DNA from: an uncultured Candidatus Saccharibacteria bacterium
GTDB lineage: Bacteria; Patescibacteriota; Doudnabacteria; UBA920
NCBI GenBank assembly: GCA_964532425.1
Contig: CAZHIA010000003.1
Coordinates: 5,594-69,593, forward strand
Reading direction: 5' to 3'
DNA length: 64,000 bases
The notes beneath the pieces are model-generated. The model was not told the DNA's origin. It ran no database searches and was given only the letters and a program-made list of their open reading frames with translations. Shown one piece after another: positions 1-9,832 of the stretch; position 1 is the first letter of the stretch, and every line of letters starts with the position of its first letter. The position numbers were made by a program, and so were the translations under genes.

Positions 1-289
1 AGCCCTGCTCGGGATAATACAGGTACGCATACTTGATGCTGCCAATAAATTCGTAACGATTGAACAGTTCTACTTTCGACAGATCCAAATCCATACCCAT
101 TTCTTCCTTGATCTCCCGGACCAAGGCCAGGTCCGGCGTCTCTTCCCTTTCCGCTCCCCCGCCCCAAAATCCGAAATGGCTGGGAAGCACCCGGACATCA
201 GCGGATCTCCGTTGTAAGTAGACACGAAGCTCGTCCCCATCGCGCCTCAAAGGGATCAAAATTGAATTTTGTCGTTTTATGGCTTGCAT
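1..289 (-). CDS. NUDIX hydrolase (runs off the left edge of the window; not in the ORF track)
   Basis: Manual translation from ATG at 289: MQAIKRQNSILIPLRRDGDELRVYLQRRS...FWGGGAEREETPDLALVREIKEEMG, containing the Nudix box GX5EX7REUXEEXG. Confidence 0.88.
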   Translation of the reverse strand, partial: MQAIKRQNSILIPLRRDGDELRVYLQRRSADVRVLPSHFGFWGGGAEREETPDLALVREIKEEMGMDLDLSKVELFNRYEFIGSIKYAYLYYPEQG

Positions 290-299
290 AAGTAGAATA

Positions 300-328
300 T
301 TGACCTGAAACTGCTATTATTGTATCAT
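300..328 (+). promoter_or_regulatory. sigma70-type promoter for the HTH gene
   Basis: TTGACC-17 nt-TATCAT, followed by AAGGAGG and GTG at 352. Confidence 0.6.
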
Positions 329-351
329 TGTTCTACTTAAGGAGGAATACT

Positions 352-537
352 GTGGAATCGAATCCACTCCAACAAGCGCTCGCGGACTACTTTCAAAAAC
401 ACCCGAACACCGAACGGCAGCTTGCCGATGAGCTCCGTATTTCCCACCCCACGATGATGCGTTGGAAGAATGGCAGGAGCAGGCCGCATCGGGCAATCGA
501 AGACCAGACCATCGAGCACATCAAAGCCAAAACGTAG
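352..537 (+). CDS. Small XRE/Cro-type helix-turn-helix protein
   Basis: ERQLADELRISHPTMMRWKNGRSRP HTH pattern; start moved to GTG 352 behind a strong SD. Confidence 0.7.
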   Translation: MESNPLQQALADYFQKHPNTERQLADELRISHPTMMRWKNGRSRPHRAIEDQTIEHIKAKT

Positions 538-540
538 CAC

Positions 541-575
541 CAAAAAGACCCTCAGCAATGAGGGTCTTATTTTTA
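541..575. terminator. Bidirectional intrinsic terminator between the HTH gene and secA
   Basis: AAGACCCTCA-GCAA-TGAGGGTCTT hairpin flanked by A and T tracts. Confidence 0.7.
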
Positions 576-3323
576 TATATTCTTTCCGTGGCACTTCTTA
601 AATTTTTTATGCGATCCATCAGGATTTTTCGCTCCACACGGGCAGGCATCGTTGCGGCCGACTTTGGCCAGGTCTTCGGGCGACATCTTGAGCTGGCTGG
701 CTAAGGCTGTCAAATCCCCGCTTCCGCCGGTTTGGACTGGGGCGCCGGAATCGGACTTGTTGAGTACCACCTGCTGCGGTGCCGCTTCTACGGTCTGAAT
801 GTTTACACCGACATGAAAAATGGTATAGACAATCTGTTTGTTGACTTCGGCTAGCATGCGCTGGAACATGGTATACCCTTCTTTCTTGTATTCCACCAGC
901 GGGTCGCGCTGGCCCCAGCCGCGCAAACGCACGCTGTCGCGCAAGTGATCCATGGTATCCAAGTGTTCCATCCAAAGATTGTCGACCGATTGCAGGGCCA
1001 CAAAACGCTGGGCACCTTCGAAGATCTCCTTACCCATTTGCTTTTCCCGCTGATTCCAAAAATCCTCAGCGAACTTATACAAGCCGTCGGCAATGGCGAA
1101 CTCGCGGTCAGCCGCGTTCCCGCTTTCTTCTTTGATCTTGTTCACCAGATTCTGATCCACCGGTATTATGGTCGCCACAGATTTAAGCAGCGCGTCCCAA
1201 TCTTCCTTTTTGCCGCCATTCTCATCAAACGAATTCAAATTGATAGTGACCAGCTCGGTGATTTCCTGCTTGACCAGGTCCAAAATTTCAGTCTTTAAAT
1301 CCACGTCTTTGCTTTCCGGCGAGCCGGCCAAGTAGCGTCTGCGCCGCTTGTAGATGACATTGCGCTGATGGTTTAAGACGTCGTCAAATTCCAATACATG
1401 TTTTCTGGTATCGAAGTTCAGACCTTCAATCTTCTTCTGTGCCTGTTCAATTGACTTGCTGACCATGCCGGCTTCAATGGGCTGGTCGTCCGGCAAACCA
1501 AGGGTGTTCATGAGATTCTTCATACGCTCGCCGCCGAACAGACGCATCAGGTCATCTTCCATGGACACGAAGAATTGCGAAGAGCCCGGGTCACCTTGGC
1601 GTCCGGCGCGACCACGTAACTGGTTGTCGATGCGGCGCGATTCATGCCGTTCAGTCCCCAATATATGCAGTCCGCCGGCTTCTCTTACAATTTTCGCTTC
1701 TTCAGCATCAACCGGGTTGCCGCCGAGCAGAATATCGACACCGCGGCCGGCAATATTCGTGGCTAAGGTAATCTGTCCTGGACGGCCAGCCTGGGACACG
1801 ATATGGGCTTCGCGTTCATGGTTCTTGGCGTTCAAAAGCTCGAAGGGCAGGCCTTCTTTTTTCAAATATTCAGCCAGCATTTCATTTTTAGCAATACTGA
1901 CCGTACCAATGAGCACGGGTTGTCCTTTTTGATAGCGTTGCTTGACCTCGGCAGCGATAGCTCTGAATTTGGCTTCTTCGGTCTTATAGACCGCGTCCTG
2001 CTGGTCGCCTCTCACCATCGGCTTGTTCGTCGGAATCTGTTCGACCGTGAGTCCGTAAATTTTGAAAAATTCTTCTTCTTCGGTCTTAGCCGTACCGGTC
2101 ATGCCGGACAACTTAAAATATAACCGGAACAAGTTCTGGAAGGTGATGGTGGCCAGCGTCTTGCTCTCCTGCTGGATTTTGACATTCTCCTTGGCTTCGA
2201 TGGCCTGGTGCAAGCCTTCGCTATACCTGCGTCCGAACATCAACCGTCCGGTGAACTCGTCAACGATGATAATTTCACCTTCGCGTACCACGTAATCGCG
2301 GTCTCGCTTGAACAAAGCCCGGGCACGCAACGCCTGCTCGATGTGGTGGATAGTAGCCACGCCTTTGCTGGTATCGTAAATATTGGGGACATTCAGAATT
2401 TTTTCGATCTTGGTAATACCCACGTCGGAAAGACTGGCTGCTTTGTGCTTTTCATCCACCGTATAATCCGCATTCTCTTCCAGCCGGTCCACTAGCTTGG
2501 CAAAATCGTAATACTTCTGGGTTGGTTCGGCATCGGGTGCGGAAATTATCAACGGGGTTCTGGCTTCATCGATCAAGATGGAGTCGACTTCGTCTACAAT
2601 GACAAAGAATAATTCGCGCTGGACCATCTGTTCGAAATGCTGGACCATATTGTCACGCAAATAGTCAAACCCGAACTCATTGTTCGTGCCATAGGTAATA
2701 TCGGCCCGATAAGCTTCCTTACGGGTAATAGGTCGCATATGTTTGACATCCATAACCAGCCCTTGCGTCTCCCCTTCCAGTCGCTCGATCTCTTCCTGTT
2801 CGGGCTTGTACTGGTTGTCGTATAAAAACGAAGCTTCATGCTGAATTGAAGCGACGGACAATCCTAAATACGCATAAATAGGGCCCATGAGACTCGCTTG
2901 CCAGCGTGCCAAATAATCGTTGACCGTCACCAAATGAGCGCCTTTACCGGCCAGCGCATACAAAACCAAGGGCAGTGTAGCGGTTAAGGTTTTACCTTCA
3001 CCGGTCTTCATTTCCGCGATTTTGCCATTTGAGAGGGTGAACCCGCCGACCAACTGTACGTCATAATGAAACTGGCCGATAGAGCGCTTGGCCGCTTCGC
3101 GGGTGAGAGCAAAAACGCGCGGCGCAATTTCGAGCAGCCGCTTCTGTTTGTCCTTGTCCGACTCCAGTTCGGTGAGTTGCATCCGAAAATCCAAAATTTC
3201 CTTCTGAATCTGCTCCTGGGTCAATGCCGCAACCTCATCTTTGCAGCCGTTTACTTCGTCAAGCTGGGACCTATATTTATCCAATGGGTTTTTATCCCCG
3301 AAAAGATTGCTTAAAAAAGACAT
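573..3323 (-). CDS. secA: Preprotein translocase ATPase SecA
   Basis: MKTGEGKT, DEVDSILIDEARTPLIIS, GTERHESRRIDNQLRGRAGRQGDPG, C-terminal SEC-C motif GRNDACPCG...KKCHG. Confidence 0.99.
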   Translation of the reverse strand: MSFLSNLFGDKNPLDKYRSQLDEVNGCKDEVAALTQEQIQKEILDFRMQLTELESDKDKQKRLLEIAPRVFALTREAAKRSIGQFHYDVQLVGGFTLSNGKIAEMKTGEGKTLTATLPLVLYALAGKGAHLVTVNDYLARWQASLMGPIYAYLGLSVASIQHEASFLYDNQYKPEQEEIERLEGETQGLVMDVKHMRPITRKEAYRADITYGTNNEFGFDYLRDNMVQHFEQMVQRELFFVIVDEVDSILIDEARTPLIISAPDAEPTQKYYDFAKLVDRLEENADYTVDEKHKAASLSDVGITKIEKILNVPNIYDTSKGVATIHHIEQALRARALFKRDRDYVVREGEIIIVDEFTGRLMFGRRYSEGLHQAIEAKENVKIQQESKTLATITFQNLFRLYFKLSGMTGTAKTEEEEFFKIYGLTVEQIPTNKPMVRGDQQDAVYKTEEAKFRAIAAEVKQRYQKGQPVLIGTVSIAKNEMLAEYLKKEGLPFELLNAKNHEREAHIVSQAGRPGQITLATNIAGRGVDILLGGNPVDAEEAKIVREAGGLHILGTERHESRRIDNQLRGRAGRQGDPGSSQFFVSMEDDLMRLFGGERMKNLMNTLGLPDDQPIEAGMVSKSIEQAQKKIEGLNFDTRKHVLEFDDVLNHQRNVIYKRRRRYLAGSPESKDVDLKTEILDLVKQEITELVTINLNSFDENGGKKEDWDALLKSVATIIPVDQNLVNKIKEESGNAADREFAIADGLYKFAEDFWNQREKQMGKEIFEGAQRFVALQSVDNLWMEHLDTMDHLRDSVRLRGWGQRDPLVEYKKEGYTMFQRMLAEVNKQIVYTIFHVGVNIQTVEAAPQQVVLNKSDSGAPVQTGGSGDLTALASQLKMSPEDLAKVGRNDACPCGAKNPDGSHKKFKKCHGKNI

Positions 3324-3408
3324 AATAACGAAAAGTCCTTTCTGGTGGAATACCGTTTAACCAGATAATTGTACCAGAAAAGTCCCTTTTTGACCACCAT
3401 ATATAAAA

Positions 3409-3435
3409 TAGGGAACGGGCCAGCCCGTTCCCTGC
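3409..3435. repeat. GTAG-type REP-like palindrome, possibly acting as terminator after hpf
   Basis: TAGGGAACGGGC-CA-GCCCGTTCCCTGC. Confidence 0.5.
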
Positions 3436-3445
3436 GAGTGCGTAT

Positions 3446-3775
3446 TTATATCAATTCTTTCAATGGTTTTTTTCGGCGGCGCTGGGTAACTTTCTTTGCT
3501 TTCGTTTTAGTCAGCTGCTCCTTGATTTTAGGCAGCACCAGGTCAAAGGCCGCATAAATATCCAAGCCCCGCGCTTCGGCATAATGTCCCCTGGGTTGAA
3601 TGTCGATCTCCGCGCGGAACGGCGGCTCCTTGGTCCGCTTTTTATCAACTTCAATCTCTACGCGGATCTTGTCTTCGGGCTTGATAAACTTGGACAAAGC
3701 ATCTAGCTTATCTTCTATAAATGACTGGATCGCCGGGGTCAGGGTGGTATTGGTGGCCTTGATGTTTAGGTTCAT
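3446..3775 (-). CDS. hpf: Ribosome hibernation factor (HPF/RaiA, S30AE family)
   Basis: [24 protein letters not shown]...[17 protein letters not shown]; start moved to ATG 3775 because the upstream extension is repeat-derived. Confidence 0.9.
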   Translation of the reverse strand: MNLNIKATNTTLTPAIQSFIEDKLDALSKFIKPEDKIRVEIEVDKKRTKEPPFRAEIDIQPRGHYAEARGLDIYAAFDLVLPKIKEQLTKTKAKKVTQRRRKKPLKELI

Positions 3776-3893
3776 AAGATTAGTGATTAGTGAATAGTAA
3801 TTAGTAAATAGTGATAAAACAGCACCCAAACTCTTCGCTTAACACTAAGCACTATTAGCTACACGTATTATATCAGACGGGCCATGTGGATGG

Positions 3894-4964
3894 CTAAAAT
3901 CCCACGAATTCCGGCTCAATTTCCAGGTCCACGTCAAATGCTTCTTTTATAGTCCGCAGCACATAGTCCCGCAGTTCCAACACGTCCCGCGCGGTAGCTG
4001 TTCCGGTCGCATTCAATACAATAGCAGGCTGTCGGGGGTTAACCTGCGCACCTCCGACTTGGAACCCCTTCAAATTGGCAATATCCAAAAGGAAAGCCGT
4101 GGGTGTCTTATATCCTTGAGGTACGCGCAGCCGGTCTTTCATTGCCGCTAGTCGCGTTGCCGCTTCCTGCCCGTACTTCTCAGATACAACCGTTTCTATC
4201 CGTACCAGATGCTCTTCGGTGATCAGCGGGCCGCGGAAGAACGACCCAGCGCTTCCATTAACCGGTCCTGAGGGATACGGGAATTTGGTATCCCGGATGG
4301 CTGTGATTGCTTCTCGGATCTGCTGCTGGTTAGGATTTTGGATACCACGATCGGTAAAATATTTCTGAACATCTCCATACGAAATGTTTGGCGCCGGTAG
4401 TTTGGACAATTCGAGAGTCACCGACAAAATGACATAAGCTCCCCTTCTCGTCGTGTTAAAAATACTCTTACGGTATTCAAAAGAGCACTCCTTATTGGAC
4501 ACGGTTTTAATCTGGCCGTCCGCGATATCGAACACCTCGACGTTTTTTACCACCTGGCTCGCTTCTTGGCCGTACGCCCCGACGTTCTGGACTGCAAAAG
4601 CGCCGCACGTACCCGGTATATGCGAAAGGTTCTCCATCCCCCACCAGCCGCGTTCCACCGCCCAAGCTACGGCATGGTCCCAATCTTCGCCAGCTGCAAG
4701 TTTAATCGCAACATGAGTATCTGTCTCCTCAATAATCTCTCGCCCCTCCATGGAGGGGTGAATAACCAACCCATGGAAACCTTCATCGGAAACTAAAATA
4801 TTGCTGCCGCCTCCCAATATAAAAACTGGCAAACGGCGCTCTGCCGCATAACCAAAAGCTGTCTGGAGATCTTCTACAGACCGAGGTTCACAATAATGTG
4901 TCGCCGGCCCGCCGATAACAAAAGTGGTCAGCGGCGCAAGCGGTATATTGTTCCGAATTTCCAT
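3894..4964 (-). CDS. murB: UDP-N-acetylenolpyruvoylglucosamine reductase
   Basis: TTFVIGGPA, LGGGSNIL, IPGTCGA..QNVGAYG, FEYRKS, GSAGSFF, LEIEP. Confidence 0.96.
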   Translation of the reverse strand: MEIRNNIPLAPLTTFVIGGPATHYCEPRSVEDLQTAFGYAAERRLPVFILGGGSNILVSDEGFHGLVIHPSMEGREIIEETDTHVAIKLAAGEDWDHAVAWAVERGWWGMENLSHIPGTCGAFAVQNVGAYGQEASQVVKNVEVFDIADGQIKTVSNKECSFEYRKSIFNTTRRGAYVILSVTLELSKLPAPNISYGDVQKYFTDRGIQNPNQQQIREAITAIRDTKFPYPSGPVNGSAGSFFRGPLITEEHLVRIETVVSEKYGQEAATRLAAMKDRLRVPQGYKTPTAFLLDIANLKGFQVGGAQVNPRQPAIVLNATGTATARDVLELRDYVLRTIKEAFDVDLEIEPEFVGF

Positions 4965-4970
4965 GTATGT

Positions 4971-6425
4971 TTAGAGATTGTCTTTGAGCTCGTATGCCAG
5001 CTTGTTGAATGACCCCACAGCCATGACAATAATCACATCGTTCGGCTGGGCGTGCTGTTTAAGCAAATCCAAAGCTTCCTGCTTAGTATGAACAAGATGT
5101 TTGCGTTCATCGGGCAGTTCGAGGGCCTGGACCACCTCTTCTGAGGTGATAGTAGCATCTTTCGCTGACTCCCGCGCGGGATAAATTTTGGAGATGACCG
5201 CCTCATCAGCCGCGTCGAACGCTTTGGAAAGTTCAGGAAGCGTGGCTTTGGTCCGGCTAAAGGTGTGTGGCTCGAATACGGCCCAAATCTTGGCATTGGG
5301 ATAGCGAGTCCGCGCGGCTTCCAAAGTTTCCTTGACCGCAGTCGGGTGGTGGGCATAATCATCAATAAGCGTTATACCATTCTTCTTACCGACCAATTCA
5401 AATCGCCGCTTAACCCCCAAATAACTTGCCAGTTCCAGCATAATCTGATCTTGCGGAAATCCCAGCGCTCTGAGCAATGCCACCCCTGCCAATGCGTTAT
5501 AGACGTTGATCTTTCCAGGAAGCTGGATTTTATACTGCTCAGTTTTGTCCATCAGTTGCTGCGTCAAATCCCGAGAAAATTTATTACGCACTTCGATTGT
5601 GGTAAATTCTTCCCCATATTCGACCGTAACTGCCTTATAATCAGCTTCGTTATCTATGCCAAAACTGACGCTGCTGACTTCGGTCCGATTGATGAGTTTA
5701 CTTAAATTTACATCATCCGCATTGTAGATGATCAGCGCGTCTTCGGGCAGATTCGCAATAAGCAGGGAAAATTCTTCCTCCATAGCCTCGAGATTCTCAA
5801 ATACGTCAGGATGGTCGAATTCCAAATTTGTCAGCACCGCAATGTCAGGCCTATAGTAATGGAATTTTGGCGTCGGATCATCAAATTCCGATTTGTACTC
5901 ATCGCCTTCGAACACGACATAATGGCCATCGCCCCAATGAAAATTGCTGCCATAATTTTGCAGTACAGCACCAGCCACGAAACTACTATCATCAAGATTC
6001 TTGAGCAAGTGGCCAACCAGTCCAGTGGTGGTGGATTTGCCGTGTGTGCCTGCTACAACAATGCGCAAGGAACTTTTGGTCAGTTCCCCTAAGAGCTCCG
6101 CGAACGAACAATGTCGCAAACCATGTTCTATGATATATTTTACTTCCGGATTTTGCATACCCTCACCGGCGGAAAGTATATGCAAGTCCGCCTTGGCGTT
6201 CTGGACCCGTTCCGCGTTATAGCCTACTTCGTACGGAATTTTTTCTCGGTCTAAAACGTCTTTGGACGGCGAATAAACCTCTGTGCTGTCGGAACCCGAA
6301 ACCTCATAGCCGAGTTGTTTTGCTATGCCTGCGGCAGCGGACATGGCAATGCCGCCGATGCCAACAAAATATATTTTAGCGCCAGGTTGGAGAATTTCTT
6401 CAAGGGATTGTTCGGTTTGAGTCAT
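4971..6425 (-). CDS. murC: UDP-N-acetylmuramate--L-alanine ligase (MurC/Mpl family)
   Basis: GIGGIAMS, AGTHGKSTTT, EGDEY, NLEFDHPD, DDYAHHPT, FEPHTFSRT; some motifs look Mpl-like; start moved to 6425. Confidence 0.85.
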   Translation of the reverse strand: MTQTEQSLEEILQPGAKIYFVGIGGIAMSAAAGIAKQLGYEVSGSDSTEVYSPSKDVLDREKIPYEVGYNAERVQNAKADLHILSAGEGMQNPEVKYIIEHGLRHCSFAELLGELTKSSLRIVVAGTHGKSTTTGLVGHLLKNLDDSSFVAGAVLQNYGSNFHWGDGHYVVFEGDEYKSEFDDPTPKFHYYRPDIAVLTNLEFDHPDVFENLEAMEEEFSLLIANLPEDALIIYNADDVNLSKLINRTEVSSVSFGIDNEADYKAVTVEYGEEFTTIEVRNKFSRDLTQQLMDKTEQYKIQLPGKINVYNALAGVALLRALGFPQDQIMLELASYLGVKRRFELVGKKNGITLIDDYAHHPTAVKETLEAARTRYPNAKIWAVFEPHTFSRTKATLPELSKAFDAADEAVISKIYPARESAKDATITSEEVVQALELPDERKHLVHTKQEALDLLKQHAQPNDVIIVMAVGSFNKLAYELKDNL

Positions 6426-6433
6426 AACTGAAG

Positions 6434-6541
6434 CCAACATTTGACATTTAACCATTAACATTTGACCACCTTGGGCTTTGTCAAAGGTCAAATGTCACAT
6501 GTTAAATGTTATATTTTAATTGTTAATGGTTAATTGTTGAT
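6434..6541. repeat. Inverted 7-nt tandem-repeat hairpin (TGACATT/TAACATT family)
   Basis: AACATTTGACATTTAACCATTAACATTTGACC ... GGTCAAATGTCACATGTTAAATGTT. Confidence 0.75.
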
Positions 6542-7486
6542 TTATGTTTTCACCATCTGTTTCGCTTTTTCTTCAATCAAAAGTTTAATCTGCGCGGCAT
6601 ATTCCGCGGCGACTTCCCGTCCGGCACTGTAGTAGGGTTCAAATTGGAAAATTTTACTACGATGCAATAACGGGATATCCGGAGTGATCATTAAATCGCA
6701 TGACCAGTCTTGCTGCCGCTCTTCCTGTTTACTGGCCTTAATGGCCAAATCCAGACTTTTGCCAAGGACCGTAAAAATTCCCGGCTTTTCTTCCAAATCA
6801 ACCTCGTCTTCATTCCGTAACCCATTCATCCACGACTCGATCTGTTCGATAAAGAATAACTTCCGTAAAACCCGGATAATGCGGTGCAGATTGAGCTGTG
6901 TTTCGGTAAATATGAACTTTGTGCCCCGCATGTTGATGCCGATCTTAATATCCATTCCCGCCTCATGCAATATATGCAAAGGCACCTGATTTAAAAGACC
7001 ACCGTCAACGAGCGTTCTTCCACCCCACTTCGCAGGCTCGAAAATTCCCGGTAAGGTACAGGAAATACGTGCAGCTTTAGCGATATCACCCATGGATAGC
7101 AGCACGAGTTCCCCGTTTTCGATGTCTACGGCTAAAAATCCAAGCAGCGGCCGCACTTCTTCAAAGGCCATATTGCCGGTGTACTTCCGAAGTTCTTCCT
7201 CAAGCAGGTCCAAGGAGTAGAGCCCGCCCTTATTCTGACTAGGAACGATTAAGCCGCGTAAAAATTTCTCATCGATCGATGAGAAGGTATCTTTCAACTC
7301 ACGCAGCTTCCCACAAGCGAATGCAGCTGCAACCAGAGAACCCCCAGAGCTGGCGGCGATATAATCGATGGGTATACCCTGCTCGGCCAGGACTTCCAAA
7401 AAGCCAATATAGAAAGTGATCCGGTTACCGGACCCGCTCAGCGCCAGGCCGACCGTCGGCCGGCTACTGCCAGGTAAATTACCCAT
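6542..7486 (-). CDS. Patatin-like phospholipase (RssA/NTE family)
   Basis: GLALSGSG, ASSGG nucleophile elbow, DGG motif; start overlaps the murG stop. Confidence 0.85.
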   Translation of the reverse strand: MGNLPGSSRPTVGLALSGSGNRITFYIGFLEVLAEQGIPIDYIAASSGGSLVAAAFACGKLRELKDTFSSIDEKFLRGLIVPSQNKGGLYSLDLLEEELRKYTGNMAFEEVRPLLGFLAVDIENGELVLLSMGDIAKAARISCTLPGIFEPAKWGGRTLVDGGLLNQVPLHILHEAGMDIKIGINMRGTKFIFTETQLNLHRIIRVLRKLFFIEQIESWMNGLRNEDEVDLEEKPGIFTVLGKSLDLAIKASKQEERQQDWSCDLMITPDIPLLHRSKIFQFEPYYSAGREVAAEYAAQIKLLIEEKAKQMVKT

Positions 7487-8567
7487 GGAGAGCATGTTTA
7501 ATAATAATGTCCGCAATTCCGCGCGCGCCGTCTTTCGGCATAATGTGCGAGATGTTGTTTTTCAATTCTTTCTGCAATGTGATATTAAATAGCAGTTTCC
7601 TGATCACGCGGACGAGCAGCTCGGGTTCCGCGGCTTCCTGTTCGATCACAATGGCCGCGCGCGCCCTGCCGAGCAGTTCGCCATTCTGTTCCTGGTGGCT
7701 GCTTGGCATAGGGATGATTATAGCAAGCTTGCTCAGGTTCGACAACTCCGTAATAGTGGCCAGGCCTGCCCGGCCGAGCACAATGTCCGCCGCAGCGTAG
7801 GCGTCTCCCATATTATTGATAAACGGGTGGGGCTGGTATCGCGGAGCCGGGACCGCCGCAGTCCGCCCCCCGGTCACATGCAACACCTGGATGTACTTGG
7901 TCAGCTCAGGCACGGCTTTCGCGATAAGAGAGTTAATAAAACTGGCGCCTGTCCCGCCGCCGAACGCCAACAGAACCGGCATGTGACTATCGAGTCCGAA
8001 CGCCTTCAGCCCTTGTTCTCGGGAAATTCCAACCAGCTCTTTCCTGAACGGATTGCCAGTTACGACGACCTTGGACTGCGAATCTTTATAGTCGAGGCCT
8101 GCACCCGAAGTGAAATCCTTTTCAGAACTTTCGAATGTCACCGTAATTTTTTTTGCACACATTTGGCACAGCACATTAGCCAGGCTAGGGACGACATCCT
8201 GCTGGTGAATAATGACCGGCACCCGCTTCAACCAGGCCGCCCACAGAACAGGAACTTGGACAAAACTGCCGGTCCCGAATACGACATCAGGTTTAAACTT
8301 TCCAATAAGCTGTAACGACTGGAAGAATCCCACTATCACCTGAAAGGGCATGACGAAATTGGCAAAAGAAAAATATCTTCGCAATTTGCCCGCAGTGATG
8401 GGAACGAATGGGATGCCCGCATTGGCCACCATCCCCTCCTCCGGCCCTTTTTTGGTGCCGATCATGAGGAATTCTGTTTTATTCTTTTGTTCCCTAATTT
8501 CCCGGGCGACCGCGAGCAGTGGAGAGACTGACCCCCCGGTGCCTCCGCCGACAAAAAGAATTTTCAT
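7479..8567 (-). CDS. murG: Undecaprenyl-PP-MurNAc-pentapeptide GlcNAc transferase
   Basis: MKILFVGGGTGGS, AGKLRRY, VTGNPFR, GGGTGA, GRAGLATITE, HQEQN. Confidence 0.93.
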   Translation of the reverse strand: MKILFVGGGTGGSVSPLLAVAREIREQKNKTEFLMIGTKKGPEEGMVANAGIPFVPITAGKLRRYFSFANFVMPFQVIVGFFQSLQLIGKFKPDVVFGTGSFVQVPVLWAAWLKRVPVIIHQQDVVPSLANVLCQMCAKKITVTFESSEKDFTSGAGLDYKDSQSKVVVTGNPFRKELVGISREQGLKAFGLDSHMPVLLAFGGGTGASFINSLIAKAVPELTKYIQVLHVTGGRTAAVPAPRYQPHPFINNMGDAYAAADIVLGRAGLATITELSNLSKLAIIIPMPSSHQEQNGELLGRARAAIVIEQEAAEPELLVRVIRKLLFNITLQKELKNNISHIMPKDGARGIADIIIKHALHG

Positions 8568-8593
8568 ACGATACAACAATCTAGTTAATGGAG

Positions 8594-8710
8594 TAATCTC
8601 TAATATCGCGAATACAGCGCAAATATACAAATGACTATTGGCCGCTCAAAGAAATAAAGGACGGTGTGCTATATTCGTATATTTGTGCTTGATTCGTATA
8701 TTCGAGATTA
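8594..8710. repeat. Imperfect inverted repeat built from GAAT/ATTC units
   Basis: TAATCTCTAATATCGCGAATACAGCGCAAATATACAAAT pairs with ATTCGTATATTTGTGCTTGATTCGTATATTCGAGATTA. Confidence 0.6.
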
Positions 8711-9832
8711 CTATACAACTTGTTTATATATTTCCATCGTTTCCCGCGCTGCCTTTGCCCAGTCAAACAACTCGCTGCGTTTGAGGCTGTTTATCTGGAG
8801 CTGCTGGTGGAACTGGATATCTTGCGCCAGCAGATGCAATTTTTCGGCAATATCTTCAGGGTCGAGCGGGTTAAAATAAATAGCGGCATTATCATACACC
8901 TCGTTGAACACTTCCAGGTTTGAGACAGCCAGCGGCAAGCCGAATTTCATGGCTTCCACCCCCGGCAGGCCGAAGCCCTCATGCAGCGAAGCGGAGACAA
9001 AGGCATGGGCGCCGCGATACAACGCTGAAAGTTCCTTATCAGTCACATATCCGGTAAATACCAAATGGTCGCGGAACTTGATATCCATGGCTTTGTATTT
9101 CACTTCCGGGTAATGTTTATCCTCTTTTCCGGCAATGACCAGATCAATGTCGTGCCGGTATTTCTTCAGCAGCACATCGAGTCCCCGGGTCAAACTTTTG
9201 ATATTCTTTTTCCGTTCTAGTACGCCAACAAAAAGGAAATATGGCCGGTGCAGCAGGAATCCGGCCCTTACCCGGTCAATGTCACTGGCAGGAACCTCTG
9301 TGGCGAGTGATGTTCCCTCGTACACAACTGAAATCTTCTCAAGCGGAACTTGCAAATAGGATGCGATATCCTTTTTACTGTACTCGGACACCGTAATAAT
9401 GCGCTTACTGCGATGGGCAGCATTCTCAATCACTTTCTTGTACGCCCAAAAATGGATAAGATGGGATTTCTTGGCCCCACTGATCTTATGATGCACCATA
9501 TCGTGGATGGTCACTACATAAGGCCGCTTGTACATTAATGGTACATTGAAGTTCGGAAAATGCATCAGGTCTAGCTGATAAGAGTTCAGCAGCTGTAGAA
9601 ATTTAGTCTGCTCCATCAATGAATAATGGCGAAACGGGGCACTTACGAGCGAAACATTCCCGAGGCCGGAGAATGCCTGCAGATCCTTCTGGTCCGCATC
9701 CAAACCATGGTAAAACAATACGTATGAATTGACGGTGTCCAGCGTGACGATATTTTTCACCAATTCGAAAACATACCTTCCAATACCGCCATGGCGGTTT
9801 CCGAGCATGCGAATATCAATACCGATCTTCAT
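8711..9832 (-). CDS. Glycosyltransferase family 4 (MtfB-like)
   Basis: [32 protein letters not shown]; ATGA overlap with the upstream gene. Confidence 0.92.
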   Translation of the reverse strand: MKIGIDIRMLGNRHGGIGRYVFELVKNIVTLDTVNSYVLFYHGLDADQKDLQAFSGLGNVSLVSAPFRHYSLMEQTKFLQLLNSYQLDLMHFPNFNVPLMYKRPYVVTIHDMVHHKISGAKKSHLIHFWAYKKVIENAAHRSKRIITVSEYSKKDIASYLQVPLEKISVVYEGTSLATEVPASDIDRVRAGFLLHRPYFLFVGVLERKKNIKSLTRGLDVLLKKYRHDIDLVIAGKEDKHYPEVKYKAMDIKFRDHLVFTGYVTDKELSALYRGAHAFVSASLHEGFGLPGVEAMKFGLPLAVSNLEVFNEVYDNAAIYFNPLDPEDIAEKLHLLAQDIQFHQQLQINSLKRSELFDWAKAARETMEIYKQVV

